Shown in pieces: positions 60,131-64,000 of a DNA stretch of 64,000 nucleotides. The stretch comes from Planctomycetota bacterium (GTDB lineage Bacteria; Planctomycetota; B15-G4). Each line of letters begins with the position of its first letter. Position 1 is the stretch's first letter. A model generated the notes under the pieces. The model was given only the letters and a program-made list of their open reading frames with translations. It did not search any database and had not been told where the DNA came from. The translations under genes and the position numbers were made by a program. The stretch is from assembly GCA_965248575.1 (NCBI GenBank), contig CBDFJQ010000002.1, positions 896,001 to 960,000 of the forward strand, in the 5' to 3' direction.

Positions 60131-60273
60131 ACTCTGCTTGGGTTGCGTCAACGACGCGCCTCGGTTCGTTTCATGTTCACGTCTGCCCCCGTCCGCCCCC
60201 GTTTGCCAAAGAGGCCTTGACGAGATCCGCCCAGCGGCCAGTCAGGTTCCGGCAGCATTCCCAGGAAGTTTCC

Positions 60274-61608
60274 ATGTCCAGCCCGAGTGTCGACACCCCC
60301 AGTGATTCCCCCGTGATTTCCCGTGTCTCCCGACTGTCGGAGCACGTGGGCGGCAACGTCACCGTGCAGGGTTGGCTCAGCAATCGGCGTTCTTCGGGCA
60401 AGCTGATCTTCCTTCAGGTTCGCGACGGCAGCGGCACGGTCCAAGCGGTGCTGCGCAAAGGCGTCGTCGAGGACGAACTCTTCAAGGAACTCTCTTCACT
60501 GCCGCAGGAATCCTCGCTCGAGGTGGACGGCAGCGTGAAGGCGGATGAGCGCAGCCCCGGCGGCTTCGAACTGTCGGTGAGTGCCGTGCGCATCATCGGC
60601 GTCTCCGAGTCCTACCCCATCACCAAGGGTGTCGACACGGAGAGCACGGCTTTCCTGATGCAGCACCGGCACCTCTGGCTGCGGAGTTCGCGGCAGGCCG
60701 CAACCCTGCGCGTGCGCTCCCGTACCGTGAAGGCCATTCGGGATTTCTTCGACGGGAACGACTTCACGAACGTCGACGGACCCATCTTCACCCCCGCTGC
60801 CTGCGAGGGGACGAGCACCTTGTTCGAAGTGGACTACTTCGGCGAACCCGCCTACCTCACACAGAGCAGCCAGCTGTACGCCGAGGCAGCCGCCATGGCC
60901 CTGGGCAAGGTCTATACCTTCGGGCCGACCTTCCGAGCCGAGAAGTCCAAGACCCGTCGACACCTGACGGAGTTCTGGATGGTCGAGCCGGAGATCGCCT
61001 TCGCCAAGCTCGACGATGTCATGGACCTGTCGGAGGACTTCCTTGTCTCGATCATCCAGGACGTCGTCGCAAATTGCCGCGCCGACCTGGAGCTACTTGG
61101 GCGCGACTGCGACAAGCTGCTGGCCATGACCAGACCGTTTCCACGCGTCTCCTACGACGAGGCCGTGAAGATGCTCAACGAGGCTGGACACCCCTTCGAG
61201 TGGGGCGATGACTTTGGTGCACCCGACGAAGAGGTGCTGACCAAGATGTTCGACCGCCCCGTTCTCGTGCATCGCTTCCCGGCGCAGGTGAAGGCGTTCT
61301 ACATGAAGCGGGACCCGGAGGACGACCGCTTGGCGCTGTGCGTCGACGTGCTCGCCCCCGAGGGCTACGGCGAGATCATCGGCGGCAGTGAACGAGCCGA
61401 CGATCTGCAGTACCTCCTGGACCAGATCAAGAAGCACGACCTGCCGCAGGAGTCCTTCGAGTGGTATCTCGATCTGCGGCGCTTCGGCACGGTGCCGCAT
61501 GGTGGCTTCGGACTGGGTCTCGAACGCACCGTGGCCTGGCTGTGCGGCACGCATCACATCCGAGAGTGCACTGCCTTCCCGCGCATGCTCTACAAGATCT
61601 ACCCGTAA
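60274..61608 (+). CDS. asnS: Asparagine--tRNA ligase
   Basis: OB fold (GW--N-R-SGK--F---RDG), [59 protein letters not shown]. Confidence 0.93.
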   Translation: MSSPSVDTPSDSPVISRVSRLSEHVGGNVTVQGWLSNRRSSGKLIFLQVRDGSGTVQAVLRKGVVEDELFKELSSLPQESSLEVDGSVKADERSPGGFELSVSAVRIIGVSESYPITKGVDTESTAFLMQHRHLWLRSSRQAATLRVRSRTVKAIRDFFDGNDFTNVDGPIFTPAACEGTSTLFEVDYFGEPAYLTQSSQLYAEAAAMALGKVYTFGPTFRAEKSKTRRHLTEFWMVEPEIAFAKLDDVMDLSEDFLVSIIQDVVANCRADLELLGRDCDKLLAMTRPFPRVSYDEAVKMLNEAGHPFEWGDDFGAPDEEVLTKMFDRPVLVHRFPAQVKAFYMKRDPEDDRLALCVDVLAPEGYGEIIGGSERADDLQYLLDQIKKHDLPQESFEWYLDLRRFGTVPHGGFGLGLERTVAWLCGTHHIRECTAFPRMLYKIYP

Positions 61609-61632
61609 CGCCCCCGGGGCAGGAACTACGAG

Positions 61633-62283
61633 ATGAGTACTCTGGACCTGACACCTTTGGAACAGGCGGCAGCGAAAGCCGGGCTGCCTGGGCTGGAGGC
61701 ACGCCTGGTCCCGCCCAACCCGCGCCGTGGGCGCCTGTTTCAGAGAATCGGCCACGCACTGCTCGTGAATGAACGCGTGCTTGAGCGCCTGCCTCCGGCC
61801 GAAGGCCAGGCGCTGCTCACGAATTCCATCCTGCAGTGGAAGCAACTGTCGCGCCTGCGCACGGGCTTGCTGATCTACGCCGCCTGCGCGCTCGGGCTCG
61901 GCTGGGCCTGGGCCGCCCTGACGGATGGCTCGTACGGATGGGTCGAGTGGGTCGGAGCGAGCGTGTTGGCTGCGGGCTGGGTCGCCTACGCTCTCGTGGG
62001 TTGGTCCCAGGCAATGATTGCGGCCGACGATGCCACGGTCACCCTGCTGGGTGATCCCGAGGTCCTGGTGCGCGCGCTGAATGTGATGAACCAGGATTGC
62101 CTCGACCTGGGATCCTCGCGCGTGGAGGCACGGCCCGACCTCCACCGGCGCGCCGAACGCCTGGTGGACTTGCACCAACTCAAGCTTCCGCCCGAGCGAC
62201 GCACCGTTCCGGTCTTCGAAGGCACGAGCAGTTGCGGCGCCGGCTGGGAGGTCACCGGTGAAGCCGTAGGGCCGGGTGCCTGA
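61633..62283 (+). CDS. M48 (HtpX-like) peptidase-fold membrane protein lacking the catalytic residues
   Basis: LLVN---L--L---E-QALL(TNSILQ), two TM helices, AD-----L-G-P--L--AL, P----R--RL. Confidence 0.55.
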   Translation: MSTLDLTPLEQAAAKAGLPGLEARLVPPNPRRGRLFQRIGHALLVNERVLERLPPAEGQALLTNSILQWKQLSRLRTGLLIYAACALGLGWAWAALTDGSYGWVEWVGASVLAAGWVAYALVGWSQAMIAADDATVTLLGDPEVLVRALNVMNQDCLDLGSSRVEARPDLHRRAERLVDLHQLKLPPERRTVPVFEGTSSCGAGWEVTGEAVGPGA

Positions 62284-62295
62284 GCTCGCCAGACC

Positions 62296-63327
62296 ATGCG
62301 CCCTGACGCTCTCCACCTGAAGGTCTCCAGCTCTGCGGTGGACGTGCTCCGTCGGCGGGCCCGGGCGCTTCAAGCGCTGCGCGCCCACTTCGATGACGCC
62401 GGCTTCCTCGAGGCCGACGTCCCCGTCCTGCTTCCGAGTGCAGGGCAAGAACCCTACCTCCATCCGCCTGCCGTCATGCTGGAGGGCTTGCCCTCCCCGA
62501 TGTGGTTGCAGACGTCACCCGAACTGCCACTCAAGCACCTGCTGTGCGCTGGCGCCGACCGTCTCTACAACCTGGGTCCTGCCTTCCGAGCGGGGCGAGA
62601 GGAGCTGAGCACCCATCATCAGCCCCAGTTCTCGATGCTGGAGTGGTACGAGGCCGGGGAGTCCATCGAGGTCCTCGTGCAGCGCGTCCGGGCGCTGGCG
62701 AGCGACGTCGCGGGAGCCTTGGACAGGCCGGCGCCAAAGCCTGGGGAGCTGCTGGACCTCGCCGAGGCCTTTCGACGCTGGGCGCAGCTCGATCTCGAGC
62801 TGCTGCTCGACGGCCGCCAAGCCGAGTTCGCCAGCCAGGCGGCGCAGAGCGGCCTGCCCCTGCGGCCGCAGGACGATGTGGCCAGCATGGTGGGCAGGGT
62901 CATGGTCGATCGGATCGAGCCTGCGCTGCTCGAGATCGACGGCCTCGTCTTCCTGCAGGGGTATCCGGCGGCGTTGGCAGCCCTGGCGCAGATCGATCCC
63001 AGCGACCCCCGCAAGGCCTTGCGGGTCGAGGCCTATCTCGGCGGCGTGGAGTTGGCAAACGGCTACGTCGAGTTGCTGGAACCCGGGCCCATGGCGGAGC
63101 GCTGGGCGCAGGAACGCCTGCAGCGCACAGGTCCCGCGCAGGCCCCAGCCCTGGACGAACAGTTGCTCGAGACACTGGCCGCCCACCCCCCGGCCCCCTG
63201 CGTCGGCATGGCGCTGGGTGTGGATCGTCTACTCATGTGCCTGCTCGGAGCCACGAGCCTGGATCAGGTGCTGCCGTTGAGCCTCTCACTGTCGGAGAGG
63301 ACCGCGGACGCGCCTGACGATCCGTAA
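62296..63327 (+). CDS. epmA: EF-P lysine aminoacylase EpmA/GenX (lysyl-tRNA synthetase paralog)
   Basis: RRRA-----R--F---GF-E---P, LQTSPE--K-LL, FR..H-P-F-MLEWY, YPA--AALA, ELANG--EL, GMALG-DRL; no anticodon-binding domain. Confidence 0.85.
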   Translation: MRPDALHLKVSSSAVDVLRRRARALQALRAHFDDAGFLEADVPVLLPSAGQEPYLHPPAVMLEGLPSPMWLQTSPELPLKHLLCAGADRLYNLGPAFRAGREELSTHHQPQFSMLEWYEAGESIEVLVQRVRALASDVAGALDRPAPKPGELLDLAEAFRRWAQLDLELLLDGRQAEFASQAAQSGLPLRPQDDVASMVGRVMVDRIEPALLEIDGLVFLQGYPAALAALAQIDPSDPRKALRVEAYLGGVELANGYVELLEPGPMAERWAQERLQRTGPAQAPALDEQLLETLAAHPPAPCVGMALGVDRLLMCLLGATSLDQVLPLSLSLSERTADAPDDP

Positions 63328-63443
63328 CGCCACCGGTAACGTCACCGGACTTCCCACGACCACCCCCGCAACGACGCCGCGAATGGAGCACCGGAAAGGG
63401 TTCCGGGCCCTCGCGGCGCGAGGTCGTCTACGGGAGTCAGTTC

Positions 63444-64000
63444 ATGCATCACCTTCGTTTCGCCGGCTTGCGGGGGCCGGCAAGCCTTGCCCTTCTCGCG
63501 CTTTGTGCCGTCTCGACGCCAAGCGTTCACGCCCAGTCCTTCGGGGTTCACGTCAGCACGTCCTCCGATGCCCAGATCTCGGGTCTCGTCATTGCAGACG
63601 AAGAGGTTCTGACGCGGAACATGCAGGGAATGATGTACGTCAGCGTCCCGACGGAAGCTTCCTCCGCCATGGTGGGGGAGTTGACCACTTCGGGGCTGCA
63701 CCATGTCTTCGGCGATGTCGACGCCCTGCACGAGGGCGGTGGATACCCCGTGGGAAGCGAGCTGTTCCTCTCCCTCGTGAGCAATGAGGCGGGCTACCTC
63801 GACGGCGATGTGCTGCGCGGAACGCCGGCCTCCGGGTTCAGCGTCTTTCTCGGCGAGGCCGACTTCGTCATGGCCTGCGGGCTGACGGACGGCAACGCCG
63901 ACATTGACGCCTTCCACAAGGATGGGGACGGCTCCGTGTTCTTCTCCTTCGCGGAAGACGAGGACTCATCATTCCTCTCAGGCGACACCCCTGGAGTGGT
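63444..64000 (+). CDS. Secreted protein with acidic DVDA/DIDA-type repeats, 3' truncated by the window edge
   Basis: Open frame from ATG 63444: MHHLRFAGLRGPASLALLALCAVSTPSVHA-QSF... with DVDALH..LFLS and DIDAFH..VFFSF; absent from the ORF track because there is no stop in the window. Confidence 0.7.
   Translation, partial: MHHLRFAGLRGPASLALLALCAVSTPSVHAQSFGVHVSTSSDAQISGLVIADEEVLTRNMQGMMYVSVPTEASSAMVGELTTSGLHHVFGDVDALHEGGGYPVGSELFLSLVSNEAGYLDGDVLRGTPASGFSVFLGEADFVMACGLTDGNADIDAFHKDGDGSVFFSFAEDEDSSFLSGDTPGV

Noticed and set aside
1..64000. CRISPR arrays, cas genes, transposases, prophage, retron/RT or other defence systems
   Set aside because: No regularly spaced repeat-spacer arrays or diagnostic protein motifs were found on either strand

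Overview
High-GC bacterial chromosomal window (about two-thirds G+C, judged by eye), mostly core/housekeeping genes. The protein styles (HEAT+vWA secreted protein, sulfatase-TPR fusion, giant modular secreted protein) suggest a Planctomycetota-like organism, but this is inference. Gene order: rsmA(partial)-dnaG-rpoD-Zn-ribbon-selB-sulfatase/TPR; an AmgK/MurU-like pair; HEAT-vWA protein; tRNA-Pro(CGG); envelope glycosylation genes; guaB-guaA; PqqB-like, SGNH and RsmB/F-family genes; a complete imuA-imuB-dnaE2 mutagenesis cassette; a ~1670-aa secreted malectin/IPT/propeller/Kelch protein; gatCAB; comF; a divergent STAS-PilZ / GAF-PP2C partner-switching pair; dihydroorotase; polA; three transporters; asnS, a dead M48-like peptidase and epmA. 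No transposase, integrase, prophage or CRISPR array was seen. Best leads: (1) a triple 11-bp direct-repeat operator candidate (YGTTWGG) over the imuABC promoter that matches no SOS box I know; (2) several strongly base-paired intergenic elements (after rpoD, before guaB) that look like unannotated RNAs; (3) the STAS-PilZ fusion; (4) a catalytically dead HtpX-like protein between asnS and epmA; (5) a normally C-terminal planctomycete-type domain placed N-terminally in the giant secreted protein. All structure predictions were done by hand and need computational confirmation.
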